Of a stretch of 64,000 nucleotides of DNA, positions 13,201 to 25,600 are shown in pieces. Within the stretch, counting starts at the first letter, position 1. Each line of letters starts with the position of its first letter. The DNA is from Azolla caroliniana. Its lineage: Eukaryota > Plantae > Polypodiophyta. The stretch spans positions 21,266,001 through 21,330,000 of the forward strand of contig JBHGNT010000009.1 of the NCBI GenBank assembly GCA_043228905.1, in the 5' to 3' direction. Position numbers and translations under genes: made by a program. The notes below the pieces were generated by a model, which saw only the letters and a list, made by a program, of their open reading frames with translations, was not told where the DNA came from and did not search any database.

Positions 13201-13410
13201 TCGGCTCCCGCCAAGACTAACGTTTTGTGCCGGTCCCCACACATCGGAGTGTATAAGGTCGAGCTTGTTCCGGCTCCGGTTTCGCTCGTTGGGAAAAGGA
13301 AGTCGGTGTTGCTTCCCGAGCTGGCAGGCTTCACAAATTTGTGCCTTTCGACCACTAAATTTGGGCAATTCGAACACTACCTGTTTCGTTTGCAGATCTT
13401 GAAGCCACAA
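10218..13410 (-). pseudogene. pol: Copia pol (GAG-pre-integrase, integrase, RT, RNase H) with frameshifts and stops
   Basis: [64 protein letters not shown]...HARTKHIEVHYHF. Confidence 0.93.
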
Positions 13411-13749
13411 GCTAGAGCTTCACGCGGTCGATTTCACCGAGGTCGGCGCCGGTGATGACCAAGTCATCAACATATAGTAAAATACTAACCAGTCCGAGTC
13501 GACCTTTCTGGATGAACAGGGAAGAGTCCGATTTTGACGTGACGAAGCCCATCCGACGCAATTGTTGCGTGATCTTCGCGTTCTAGGCACGCGGGGCTTG
13601 CTTCAGTCCGTAAAGGGACTTCTTCAGTCGGCATACTGCCGAGGAGTTCGTTTCAGAGTGAAATCCGGGGGGCTGTACCATGTACACTTGTTCCTCAAGG
13701 TCACCTTGCAGGAACGCATTCTTTACATCCATTTGATGTAGGTGCCACT

Positions 13750-14843
13750 CCAGGTTGTATCGGTTTTTCAAGGTACAAGAACCACTCCTTATGGCTCGTC
13801 ATGTGGTTTGATGCGCCGGAGTCTACGTATCACACCTGGTCCAATCTCGGGGTGGTCTGCTTCATTGAGTTTGCTTCGTGTCTCGTCAGGAAGGCAGTCC
13901 CTTCTCCGGCTCTCCCGGAGTCTTCAGCGTAGTGCGATCGCTGCCGATTTCCCTTGTCGGTATGTCTGGAGTCGTTCCCGGAACCAGTTCTCTCCGAATC
14001 GGCGCGCTTCTTCGAGCACTCACTTTCCTTGTGGCCTTTCTTGCCACAGTACCAGCATTCCGCGATGGACTTCCCTTGCCGGTTCTCATCGCTTCGACTC
14101 CCCCTGTTTTCGGAGGGTCCGAAGTTGCTGTCGGCATCACTTCGGTGCCTTCTTTCTTGATCTCGTCAGCCGCCTCCATTGCGTGCCGACTCGCCTCGTC
14201 CTCCACATCCACGGGGCCTATCTCCCTCCGTGTACAACATTCTATTGTCGGTGTGCGTGCTTGTAGACGCACCCGCGTGATTTTCCTCTACCAGGAGCAT
14301 CGACTGTAAGTCGAAAAAGGACGGCGTATTCTCCTGGGTACACACAGTCGTTCGGAACGCTCCGAACTTCGACGCCAAACCTCCGAGACAGATCTGCACC
14401 ATCTTGCTCTCCTCGATGTTCACCTCTATGGAGGCGAGGGAGTCGCAGATATCCTTGATCTTCGAGGTATAGTCCGCCACCGACAAGTCGCGTTGTCGTA
14501 GATTGCTCAACTCCTGTCGGAGCTGAAGCTTCCTAGCTGTGCTGCTCGCGGCGAAAATCTTCTTCAGATTTTCCCACGCACCCTTCGGCGTCTTTGCATC
14601 CCGAACATAGCCCAATAGCTGGTCGCCCACACACGACGCGATGTAGTACAATACCCTGCTCGCCGATTGCTCCCACGACGGGAAGTCTCTGTGTGTCGAT
14701 TCGGGTGCCACGTCATTAGCTCCTTTGACATAACTCCAGTAGCCGTGCCAGAGCAGGTACTGGTGCATCTTGTAGGACCAAGACGAGTAGTTGGTTATGT
14801 CGAGCTTCTCTGTTGGAAGCGAGCTCGCCATGCCTCTATCCAT
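13750..14843 (-). pseudogene. gag: Copia gag, CCHC knuckle and protease N-terminus
   Basis: ORF 14166-14843 is gag-like; CWYCGKKG and YVDSGASNHM follow. Confidence 0.9.
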
Positions 14844-15304
14844 TGTTCTTCTTGTTCTTCTTCGTCAAGCTATGTCGGCTGCAGAGAGGTTCTCAACCCT
14901 CGCGCTCTGATACCATGTAGAAAGTAGCGTGCGGAAGCAGGTATGAAGACAGAACAGAGAAAGGAAACACAGGTTTAATGGAGAGCTTGAGCTTACACTG
15001 TATATGCAGGAGAGACAGAGAGAGAGAACACAAAAACTATATTTCACAATAATACTCAATCTCTATGTACATAAGACGTGCTCAGTGAGCACTTTTATAC
15101 AAGTCCTAAAAGGATTGACCGAAGTACTGATAGTACTTTAATGCTCATCAAGAGCCCCTACACTAACTACCAAATATATTCCTCACGGAATATCTTTCCT
15201 AACGACCTCCCGGTTTACGCACTCGGCCTAACCGATCGGTCCCAACCGATCCGGTCCTCGGCTTCTTCAGCCGATTTGGCCGATGTTGAGCTTGTCTCTC
15301 AACA

Positions 15305-17880
15305 CCTTTTTTGAAATGGGTCCAACGGAAGAATCGGCTGGTGTGGCATCCGTGACTGTTCCATTGGTTGCCCCAGTCGTTGCCACAAATCGCACTGCCT
15401 GCAAAATTCGTGAGCGACTTTCTTCGTTGTTGGCCACCATAATCCACTTTGCCAAACTTTCCTTGCCGTGGAATCCTCGGCGTAGTGTCCCCCAGCTACT
15501 CCTTGGTGGGCTTCCTGAAGAACAACGTTCTTCTCGAACTGCCGAAGCGCTCGTCGCCATATGCCGTCCGAGCCTTTGTGGTAGAGAATGTCCGAGATGA
15601 GGCAAAAATTCCGACTACGCACTGCTAGGCGTTTTCTCGTGTCAAGGGTCATGTGCTCGGGAGGTACACCGGTAGTGAGAAAATGGGTCATCTCCGTGAT
15701 CCATTCATCTCCGTTATGGTCTGGTACCGTGGTCAGGTTAAATAGGCTAGCGTCTGGTAGCTCGTCGTACGTTGTTTTCGCCGGTTCTCCTGACTCAAGA
15801 CGGCTCAAGTAATCGGCGACGGCATGTTGTACCCCGGGTCGATGCTGAATCTGAAAATCAAACTCTTGTAGTAGGAGCATCACCGAGCCAACCGTCCGGT
15901 GAGGGCTTGTTTATTGACCAAATAAATAATGGCCGAGTGATCCACGTGAAAGGTAAATTTTCGGCCCAAGAGGTAATGCCGAAATTTATTGATGTTATAA
16001 ATCATACCGAGGGCCTCCCGCTCGGTGGTGGAGTAATTCTTTTCCGCGGTCGAGAGCCGTCGGCTGGCATAGTACACGGGCCTATACCAATTCGGGGTGT
16101 GCATTGCATCAGAGCACTTCCGATGGCGATGTCCGAAGCATCCACGAAGACATGAAATGGTTCGGACCAAACCGGAGACTGGACCACCGGGGCATGTGAC
16201 AGCATTCGTTTGAGGGTCTGATAGGCCGTGTCCTCGACTGACGTCCATTGGAAAGGAAGGCGATGGACTGCCGCGTGTAAGGGTGTCGCGAAATTGGCCA
16301 AGTGTCGTATCATTCGGCTGTGCCACCGAATTTGTCCCAAAAAACGGCTTAGTGCCTTAGCGTTCGAGGGTGCGGTGGCCTCCAGGATTGCCTTTACTTT
16401 ATCCGGGTCCATAGCGATGCCTTCTTGACTAATAATGTGGCCGAGAAGGTTGCCACTTGGTGACTAAGAATGCGCATTTCGCCGGGTTTTAACTCAATCG
16501 AGCTTGGCGACATCGGTCCAAGCAGAGTCGTAACTAGGTCATGTGTTCCCGTCGATGGCCATACACAGCGAAATCGTCGAGAAAAACTTGCATGAACGCC
16601 GGGATGTAGTCATGAAAGATTTCAGTGATGATGCGCTGGAACGTAGCCGACGCTGTTTTTAGACCGAACATCATAACTTCTGCTACAAAAACACCCCATT
16701 CCATGACGAAAGCGGTTTTCTCCTGATCCTCCGGGTGCATTCTTATCTGGTTATAGCCGCTGAACCTGTCGAGGAAACTGTAGCATTCGTTGCCGGCTAC
16801 CGTGTCGAGGGTGCTATCCGTGAATGGGAGAGGGAAACCGTCGGTGACTGTTGCCGCCTTAAGCTTCCGATAGTCGACGCAGACGCGGATTTTTCCGTTC
16901 TTCTTTGGGACCACTACGATTGGGCTCAACCATGTAGCCCGTTTAACAGGGCGAATGAAGCCCACTCGGAGTAACTTGTCAATTTCCTCTTTGACTTTAG
17001 CGGCGTAGTTGGGGTTCATCCTGTAGCACCTCTGTTGAACCGGCCGAGTGTCGGGTAAGATGTGAATTTGATGTTGGTAGTATTGAGGATCCAACCCCTT
17101 CATATCGGTGTAAGACCAAGCGAAAACATCCTGGTAGTCGGTGAGTAATTTGACGAGGCATGCCCGTTCGCGGGTTGGTAGATTATTGGCAATTTGTACC
17201 GTACGGGGATTCTCGTCCGAACCGAGGTTTACTGTTTCCAGGGTTGATGCTTTCACTCGTTGTGAAATGGCGAGTTCGCGTTCGAAAGCCTCCCGAGCAT
17301 GACGTAGCTCGGCAACTGTGGTTGCATCGGGTTCATCCTGAGGTGGTGACTCCTCCGTAACTTCCTCGTCTTTAGATGGCTCGATGGTTGGTAAGGCATT
17401 GATTTCGAAGAGAGGAATGATCGTGGGATGATCATCTAGGAAGTCATCGACCTCCTCATCGGCCAATCCGTCGAGCATATGGACCCCTTCCGCGTATAAC
17501 GGCGAAGTGTTGAGGGCGACGGGGACTCGTTCTTCAGTGATGATCCGAACCTTTGTCTGCCCTCTTCGGAACGAGATCATGTTGCGTTGCCAATGTTGCT
17601 TGATATTCGTTGTACGCAACCACGGTCGACCTAGTAACATTGGGTGGGCGCCTTGTGTCTCCAGTCATAGCACGACGACCGAGATCGTGAACATGTGGCC
17701 TCCGAGATTGAAGTCGAGATGGCGGATTAAACCAATGGGGCGAACGGAGCGGGTGTCGGCCATCCGAAGCCAAAAGGGGCATGGTTCCCATTGATTCAGG
17801 CCGAGTTTGAGACACGTTGATTCGCTAATAACGTTTACCCCGGACCCGCCGTCGATGATGCATCCGTCAGGTCTTGTCCC
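15305..17880 (-). pseudogene. pol: Host Gypsy pol (protease, RT, RNase H, integrase zinc finger), frameshifted
   Basis: DGGSG, MLLGRPWL, VCVDYR, FLDRFSGYNQI, VFLDDF, VDAS, EREALGM, H-GVAGGH and CRQC motifs. Confidence 0.93.
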
Positions 17881-19631
17881 TTAATGATGATTCGCACGGC
17901 TGGGTTCTGAGAATCCATGAGTGGTGGACCAATTCCTGCTTCGGTGAGGTGTACCGTTGGTGTCACGACTGTAGTATTGGCCTGTAGTGCCGCCAGGGTG
18001 TCCCAAAATCTCGGCATGAGTGGTAGCAGTTTATGTAGGGGCAGCGATATGCGGGAGTTGGTAAGAACATGCCATAGCTGGTTGTCCTCCGACGACGTGG
18101 GTGGTGCTAGGGTTTGTGGTACTTCACTGGGCCCGTCCCTCATGTCAGTTTGAATGCGTGCGGCATTATTTTTATTGGCCGTGTCGACCCATTCTTTTGC
18201 TGCCTGTCGTACTTCATCCTGGATTTGCCAGTGAGTAGTCTGCGCTTTACTCCGGGTAGTGACCGTTTGAACATCGGCCATGATACTGTTTACCGCGGGT
18301 GCCTTGCCACAGTTGGTTGGCGGACATTGCGTGGCGTAGTGGCCTGGTTGGTTACATTTAAAACATGTCACATTGGCCGAGTTGCTGGTGTCCACTCGGT
18401 CTGTGTGTGGAAGCTGTTGTTGTTGATCCTCGGTCTCGTTTGGTGGTGGGTTGTTCCGAGGTGCGTTGGAGTTGCGTTGGTCATGTTGAGGAGCGTCCCG
18501 TCGGCGATTGTGATTAGCTCTTCTATTGTTGCGTGTGTTGCGATTGCCGTTTCGCCGATCCATGCGTGAGTTCCTTCGGTCATACCGATCATCGCGATCG
18601 TCATCGTATCGAGCATAATCGTCGTGCCGGTCATCGCGATAATAATCACGGCGATTATCACGTTGGTAGTCGTCGTTTCGGCGCCATCGATCCGGGGATC
18701 GCAGTTGGTCATTATCCTGGTCACGGTAGATATATCGCTCGTCCTGCCGAGAGTATGTATTTCGTGGCTCGATCTGGCGGACTGGTGCTGCGGTTGTGCG
18801 GTTCAGCATATTATATTCGCATTGCTCGACCGTGTGAGCTCGAGACTGACAAATCGGACACTGTGGTCGGTGGGGACATTCGAGGGCTAGGTGTCCTGAT
18901 CCTGAACACGTAGTGCATTGGAGGGCTTGGCGAAAGCGATTGTCCTCTTGGGGAAGAGCGTTTTGCAAGGATGTCATCGAGAAGGTCGTGTCGTGCTGGT
19001 TCCGATCGAGGGCGAGAACGCGCGCTATGACTTGTTCGATAGTATGGTTGGCGAAATTTGTAAGTGCGAGAGTCGTTCGTAGAGGCTCTCGTAAATTGGA
19101 TAGGAAAGTGTCCGGTATATGTTGTGCCGAGACATCATCGGCCACTTGTCTGTAGAGATCCTGGAACCGGATCGTGAACTGCGCGACCGTTTCGTGCGGT
19201 TCCTGGCATATAGAGAAGAATTGCCGTAGCAGTTCCCGTTTAGGCACCTCGCGATGAAAAAGTTCAAGGAACTTTGTGCGCACAATTTGGAAAGTGGTGG
19301 CCTCTCCTATTTCGAGAGGAGAGTACCATCGTGCGGCCGGTCCCTCGAGGGAGAGTGTGAACTCGGCAATCTTCGATGCATCGATTTCGGCCGGTGTGAG
19401 GCGGTGCGTAGAGTGGTTAGCCTGCCACGTGGAAATGAAGGCACGGACGTGTGACTCCACGTCAGTTTCGTCGGCATATCGTGGGTATGGGTACGGCATG
19501 ATGTCGTACTGTGGTTCTTCTGGTAGCACCGGAAAAGGGTTTAGTTCCGGTTGGTTGACCTCCGGAGGGCTCGACGGGGGCGCTGGTGGTGAATCCACTC
19601 GCGATCGAGTGTCCGGTGGCGAGGATTGCAC
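17835..19631 (-). CDS. gag: Host Gypsy gag with several Cys/His knuckles
   Basis: 598-aa ORF: LEGPAARWY capsid-like region, CTTCSGSGHLALEC, CPICQSRAHTVEQC, CFKCNQPGHYATQC; frameshift at the protease. Confidence 0.88.
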   Translation of the reverse strand: MQSSPPDTRSRVDSPPAPPSSPPEVNQPELNPFPVLPEEPQYDIMPYPYPRYADETDVESHVRAFISTWQANHSTHRLTPAEIDASKIAEFTLSLEGPAARWYSPLEIGEATTFQIVRTKFLELFHREVPKRELLRQFFSICQEPHETVAQFTIRFQDLYRQVADDVSAQHIPDTFLSNLREPLRTTLALTNFANHTIEQVIARVLALDRNQHDTTFSMTSLQNALPQEDNRFRQALQCTTCSGSGHLALECPHRPQCPICQSRAHTVEQCEYNMLNRTTAAPVRQIEPRNTYSRQDERYIYRDQDNDQLRSPDRWRRNDDYQRDNRRDYYRDDRHDDYARYDDDRDDRYDRRNSRMDRRNGNRNTRNNRRANHNRRRDAPQHDQRNSNAPRNNPPPNETEDQQQQLPHTDRVDTSNSANVTCFKCNQPGHYATQCPPTNCGKAPAVNSIMADVQTVTTRSKAQTTHWQIQDEVRQAAKEWVDTANKNNAARIQTDMRDGPSEVPQTLAPPTSSEDNQLWHVLTNSRISLPLHKLLPLMPRFWDTLAALQANTTVVTPTVHLTEAGIGPPLMDSQNPAVRIIIKGQDLTDASSTAGPG

Positions 19632-19807
19632 TGGACAAGCCCCCGATTGATCGGGAAAGGAAGTTCCTTCGACTGGCTCAGGGCGTCGGGCAGGTGGCCG
19701 AGACCTCGTGGTGCGAGAGGGCGCTGTCGTAGTGTAGGTTGCACACTATGTGGAAATTATATTTTTGTCCCTCCGGATAGAGAATGGAGTGCTCGGTGAG
19801 AACCGGA

Positions 19808-19925
19808 AGAAAACGGCATACCGGCAAGGAGGAAAACGGCATACCGGCAAGGAGGAAAACGGCATACCGGCAAGGAGGAAAAACGGCATACCGGCAAGGA
19901 AGAAAACGGCATACCGGCAAGGAAG
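19808..19925. repeat. 22-23 bp minisatellite (5 copies) inside the LTR of element A; also at about 26334-26451
   Basis: Repeats of aaaacggcataccggcaaggagg. Confidence 0.92.
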
Positions 19926-20586
19926 AGCCGGATAAAGAGACATAAATATAAAATAAGGAAATACTCACTACTGCGCAGGGCGTGATTCGAATTCTGCACC
20001 TCCACGTTGACAAACTCCAACCTTACCATTACATTAACTTATCTTAAGTGTTTTAAATATAGATTTAATACGTATAAGACCTTTATTTATGCATACCTTT
20101 ATTAAAAGGTAAATCGTGTATTTTTTTAATATATGAAAAAGAAAAACGCGAGACACTAAAAATAACTCATGCACATCTAGCGTGCATGAGCCCTATACTT
20201 AGGAAATAAAAAAGCATCACATGCACATTTAGTGGACATGAACACTTTTTTTGTAAAAAAAAAAAAAAGCATGAAGCCATGCTTAGCTCTTCTTTCCTTA
20301 TATAAGGAGGAGAGAAATATGTAAAGGGTTGTTGATTATTTGGATTAAGAATTAATCAATACAAAAATTATTCGTGGGATTCACGATTTATACATCTACT
20401 TCTCTCTTAACACCATAAGTACCAATTAATATAGTATACTCGTGTGATTCACGAGTTTCTTATCTTTCTCTTTGCTATTTACTCATAATTAATCTCTATC
20501 TCACGAACTCCTTTCTCCTAGTCCAAGACCTCTGTGGTTCCCACCCGACTCACGCAACGATCCGGAGCCGAAAGGCACGACACAGT

Positions 20587-20604
20587 TGGTGAACCCGACG
20601 TGAA
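20587..20604 (+). promoter_or_regulatory. PBS, tRNA-Trp
   Basis: tggtgaacccgacgtgaa, complementary to the plant tRNA-Trp(CCA) 3' end as recalled. Confidence 0.85.
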
Positions 20605-20621
20605 AAACGGGTGGCAAGGAG

Positions 20622-22661
20622 ATGGAGGCTCAACAAGCTAACAATATGATGGCGATGTTCGAACGGATGCTTCAAGAACAACGCACGATGTCGGAGATTT
20701 CGGCATCAGTAGAGCGGCTCGTGCAACGCAACGGGCAATTTAATGGTAAGGATGTGTCGCGATATTTGCAGGACTACAAGGCGGAGATGCTCCGGTGCCG
20801 GGCTTCGGAAGGACTGCAAGTGACATCCTTTAACCGGGTGGCGACCGACGGGCTTCAAGGGAGTATCCACGGGTTGCAACAACAAAATCCGACGTGGGAA
20901 GCATTCGAAGAGGCGTTAAAGACCACGTTTGCCATCGAGGACTCCTCCAAGGCAACGCGGAGGGGATTCGAGGATTGGGTGGAAACGTCAGGTAAGGGGC
21001 TGAAGGTCCTCGAAGTGTTTTCGACATTCGAAAGTCGGTTCGGGAGGTTGTCCGCGAGAGATCAAACTATTCTTGCACCGGACAAAGTCATCATGTTTTT
21101 GCGAGCTGTGGACGTCCGGGACCGGAAAGATCTCGGAGTGCTTGTTGAGGACACGACCACCGAAAGCGGCCTCACCGAAACATGGGAAAGCGTGCGGGAT
21201 ATCGTCGCGCGGTACACGAAGAGGGGGCAATGGCTTGCCAACGAAGAAAAGAGGGTTTCGGAACCGATTCCGAAACTGAGAACGGGACTGGAAGACCATC
21301 AACCGAGGGCTCGGGAGATTACGGCGGAGAAGGGAGTCGACGCGTCTACGGTGGAGCAGCTGCTGAAGGAGATGGAGAATCTAAAGATCGCGATGGTGAA
21401 GAAGTCGGATGATCGCCCCACAAGCTCCAAATATACGAATCGACGGTGCATATGGTGCGATAGCGCCGAACACGATCGGAGGGATTGCGACGACCATAAG
21501 GAGGCGCTACGACGGGATCTCATCTACTACGAGGGAAACCGGATTCATTCGATGGACTCTCGGAAGCCACTCCGACCGAACTTCCGGAAAGGTGGCATGA
21601 AGAAGGTGCTCGAGGAGGAGTTAGCGGCAAGAAGCAACTATGCGACAACCGCGGGAATATGTGTCGGGGAGTCAACGGGAGCGAAGGCGTCTTTCTGGCC
21701 GGAGGTGCTAGGAAACACCGAGAAAACCAACTCCAACGATATCCGAAACACCGCGGAAGGCATCCGGGAAGCTACGGGATGGGAGTGCCCTGTCGACAAG
21801 AATAGCATATACGCCCTGTGTCAATTACATGAGGTGTATGTGGACGAGAAACGACGGCGCACGGAGGATGCGGCCGGACCATCGAAGATACCGGAAAGCT
21901 GGAACTCCGGAGGTAAGGGAAAAGAAAAGGCGACTCCGGCATTCAAGCTCGCCTCGGACATAGAACAACAAACCGACTTGAAAAGAGTGTTCGAGGAAAG
22001 AATCTTGGATAGCCGGGTAGATTTTTCGCTGCGGGAACTACTCGGAATAGCGAAGAAGGAGTTTCACGATCTTCTCGTGGATCTCGTGAAAAGGAAGAGA
22101 CAAAGTACGGAGGAAAATGCTCCAAGGGTGAATGCAAATGCCGTTTCAATGAACGACACCGAAGTGGAAGGCGAAATTCCGAACTCCCACTATACAAGGC
22201 CACACTGGGCACGTGCGACTACGGAGACTCCGGTCCGAATCGGCAACATCAAAGAACCCGTGCTAGCATTGATTGATCACGGATCGGAGATCAACTTGAT
22301 GTCCAAGGAGTTCTACCGAAAGGGGAAGTGGCCTATAAACACCAACCATGGATGGAAGATTCGGGCAGCCACGAAAACGACAGAAGACCTATTTGCGGCT
22401 TGTCCGGATGTGACGGTAAAGATCGGGGATGTCGAAATTGACCAAAATTTCTTTGTGCAGGATGAGGTTTCACATTCTGTCATCCTCGGCCAACCCTTTA
22501 TCACGGCTTCACGGATGGAGACGAAGGTGCTCGATAGTGGTGCGGCTTTTGCGCGAATTCGGAGCCAAAACGGAGGGAAATCCGTCCAATTCCTAACGGT
22601 GCCGGCAAATCACGAAAGGAACAAGAGGGAACTCTTGTCCCAAGTGAGAATGGATTTTTAA
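20622..22661 (+). CDS. gag: Gag-protease ORF1 of element A
   Basis: 679 aa; CIWCDSAEHDRRDC knuckle; LIDHGSEINL...ILGQPF aspartic protease; ends G GAT TTT TAA. Confidence 0.9.
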   Translation: MEAQQANNMMAMFERMLQEQRTMSEISASVERLVQRNGQFNGKDVSRYLQDYKAEMLRCRASEGLQVTSFNRVATDGLQGSIHGLQQQNPTWEAFEEALKTTFAIEDSSKATRRGFEDWVETSGKGLKVLEVFSTFESRFGRLSARDQTILAPDKVIMFLRAVDVRDRKDLGVLVEDTTTESGLTETWESVRDIVARYTKRGQWLANEEKRVSEPIPKLRTGLEDHQPRAREITAEKGVDASTVEQLLKEMENLKIAMVKKSDDRPTSSKYTNRRCIWCDSAEHDRRDCDDHKEALRRDLIYYEGNRIHSMDSRKPLRPNFRKGGMKKVLEEELAARSNYATTAGICVGESTGAKASFWPEVLGNTEKTNSNDIRNTAEGIREATGWECPVDKNSIYALCQLHEVYVDEKRRRTEDAAGPSKIPESWNSGGKGKEKATPAFKLASDIEQQTDLKRVFEERILDSRVDFSLRELLGIAKKEFHDLLVDLVKRKRQSTEENAPRVNANAVSMNDTEVEGEIPNSHYTRPHWARATTETPVRIGNIKEPVLALIDHGSEINLMSKEFYRKGKWPINTNHGWKIRAATKTTEDLFAACPDVTVKIGDVEIDQNFFVQDEVSHSVILGQPFITASRMETKVLDSGAAFARIRSQNGGKSVQFLTVPANHERNKRELLSQVRMDF

Positions 22662-25600
22662 AGCGGACTGTTGCGGAGTGGGGAAGTGATAGTCCGAGAA
22701 GCCCTGATACCCCACACAGGAAGAAAACTCTCGGAGCAAAACAAGTACGAATCGGCCCGGATGGGGCATCTACGTACACGGCCGTAACCGGAGGAATGAA
22801 GAAACAATACCGACAAGTGGAGGATAAGTTACGGTCGGCATCAATAATAAAAGAAGACGAAGAAATCGTGGGAGTGATCGAGGAAGTGTTCTATGGGAAT
22901 ACACTACAACGGCTTGAAGAGCTTGCGGAAGATAAAAGCCAAGGGAACCGGGTAGTCCCGGTGGAATCGGTCGAGATGTACGAGATCATTGCGAAAATGG
23001 AGCCGGATACGCTCCGCAAAGAAGAAGCAATGGTAAGTACGAAATACAAGACCGTGGAGAAGAAGGTGAAACCGGCCGCGGGACCATTACCCGCTGATAG
23101 CGAACAAAAGAGGAAAGAAGTCTCGGGAGATCCGACACTTCGGAAGACCGTGGATATCGGACATGCCTTCACAGATGAGACCCGGAAGAAACTTGGGATC
23201 GGTGGAGGTGGGTTCCTCTTACAAGAAGAAGAAAAACGGTTTCGAGAGATGTTGGAGCAACATGGCAAAGCATTCGCGTTCACATCGAGGGAGATCGGAT
23301 GCATTGATCCAAAGATAGTGGAGCCGATGGTGATTTTCACGATTGATCATGTACCGTGGAACCTGAAGCCGATTCCGGTGCCACGGGCGCATATTCCGAA
23401 AGTCATCGACTTGCTCAAGGAGAAGGTGGCGATGGGGATTCTAGAGCCATCAAGTGCTCCGTACTCAAATCGATGGTTTACGGTTCCGAAGAAGAACGGG
23501 TCACTCCGATTCATCCAAGACTTGCAACCGGTGAACAAGGTCACGATCCGGAACTCGGGAGTCGGTCCGATAGTGGACGAATTCGCGGAAGCTTTTGCCG
23601 GACGTGCGATATACTCCATCGGGGACCTATACTCGGGGTATGACCAATTCCAACTAGCCGTGGAGAGCCGAGACATCACTACCATGCGGACACCGATAGG
23701 ACTAGTTCGAATGTGCACACTACCACAAGGAGCGACAAACTCGGTTGCACATATGATGAACGCGATGAACAAGGTGCTTCGAGATTGCATCCCGGAGATA
23801 ACGATGCCGTTTCTAGATGACATTCCGATGAAAGGATGCGCGGTGGAAGAAAAAGATGAGACTATGGATGATCGGGGATGCCGAAAGTTCGTGGTCGACC
23901 ATATTCATGATTGCGAGAAAGTGTTGCGAAAGCTAGAAGATGTGCACCTAACACTTTCCGGGGAGAAATCGGCATTCGGGCAAGAAGAAATATTGGTGGT
24001 CGGACATCTATGTGGACCCTACGGCCGAAGACCGTCACCAACAAAGATCGATGCGATTCAAGCTATGAAGGAAGTATGTGAGTCAACATCGGAAGTCCGA
24101 AGGTTTCTGGGTGCGTGTGCATTCTATCACATATGGATTCCGCACTATGCACATATAGCGGACCCGCTCTATCACTTGTTGCGGAAAGGTAAGAAATTCG
24201 AGTGGAAACCGGAACACACTAAAGCCATGAGGAAGCTCAAGAAGACACTATGGAGGGCGGAATCACTTAAGAAGCCAAGCTACGAGCGGCCAATCATAGT
24301 AACGGTTGATACAAGTCCAACCGGTATCGGGTGGGTCATCAATCAAGCCGACTCGGATGGGTTGCGGTATCCGATCCGATTTGGAGCAAAGGTCCTCAAC
24401 GAAAGGCAACGCGGATATGCACAAGTCAAAAGAGAATTGTGGGGAGTCGTGTCGGCGATAAAATCGGATCGGGATTATTTGATCGGAGCTGAAGTGGTGA
24501 TCGAGACGGATTGTCTTCCGATACTCGGGATGATGCGGTGTTGTACGATACCGGATGTGGCTATGCTAAGGTGGATTGCATATGTCAAGTCACTTAATCC
24601 GGAGGTTCGACACATCTCGGGGAAGGACAACGCGGTAGCGGACATGTTATCGAGGGCGCGGTTTGAAGACGACATAACCGAATCAGATAATGAAGAAGTT
24701 TCCGAAGACTACTTCACGTCAGAACACATATGCCGAGTGAACGTGATCCGAGAATTCCGGGAAGAAGAATACGAGGGGGAAACCTTGATGATCGGGAAGA
24801 TGCTACAAGAGGTCGAGGATTCAACCAATGATAAAGAAAGGAGAGCCGAGATCCGAAGGAAGAAGAGGCAAGTCCAAAAGTTCTTCTTGGAAAACGGTTT
24901 AATATGGAGGACGCCGAAAAGACCGGATGGGATACCACTTCGAGTAGTCGGGACGAAAGAGCAACGAAACCGGATAATGTCCGAGTTCCACGAATCCGAT
25001 TGGGCTGGACATCGAGGAACATGGGCAACTTTTGTGAAAATCAAGCAAAGATATTGGTGGAAGAACATGTATAAAGATGTCGCGGAGTTCACAGAAAGCT
25101 GCGAGAAATGTCAAGTCTACTCCGGGTTCCGACACCGAGATGAGCTGCATCCGACATTCTCACCGACAATCAACTTCAAGTGGATGGTCGACATTGTAGC
25201 TATGCCGACCGGGATTGGACAAAAGAAATACTTGGTGTTAGCTCGAGAAGATCTCACAAACCAAGTTGAAGGTCGAGCGCTTCGGAGGAAAACGTGTGCC
25301 GCGGTGTGCCAATTTCTTTTGGAAGAAGTGTTTTGTAGGTACGGCTGCGTAGGACAAGTGATTGCGGACCGGGGAGAACTCGACTCGGACAAAGCTAGGG
25401 GATTCTTCGCCAAACATGGAGTTCGGTTAACGTTGACAACGGCCTACAATCCGGAGGCCAACGGGAAGATCGAACGAGGACATAGTCCGATCGTGAAAGC
25501 ACTTGCGAAGGCATGCGACGGAAGGGTGAAGGATTGGCCACAAATGCTTCCGTATGCACTATGGGCGGATCGGACGACGCATAGCTCCGTGACCGGTTAC

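Larger units (their letters stand above)
9652..15304 (-). mobile_element. Copia LTR retrotransposon, rearranged, nested in the host integrase
   Basis: 389-bp LTRs 9652-10040 and 14916-15304; iMet PBS 14904-14915; PPT tgagggggag 10041-10050; imperfect TSD. Confidence 0.95.
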
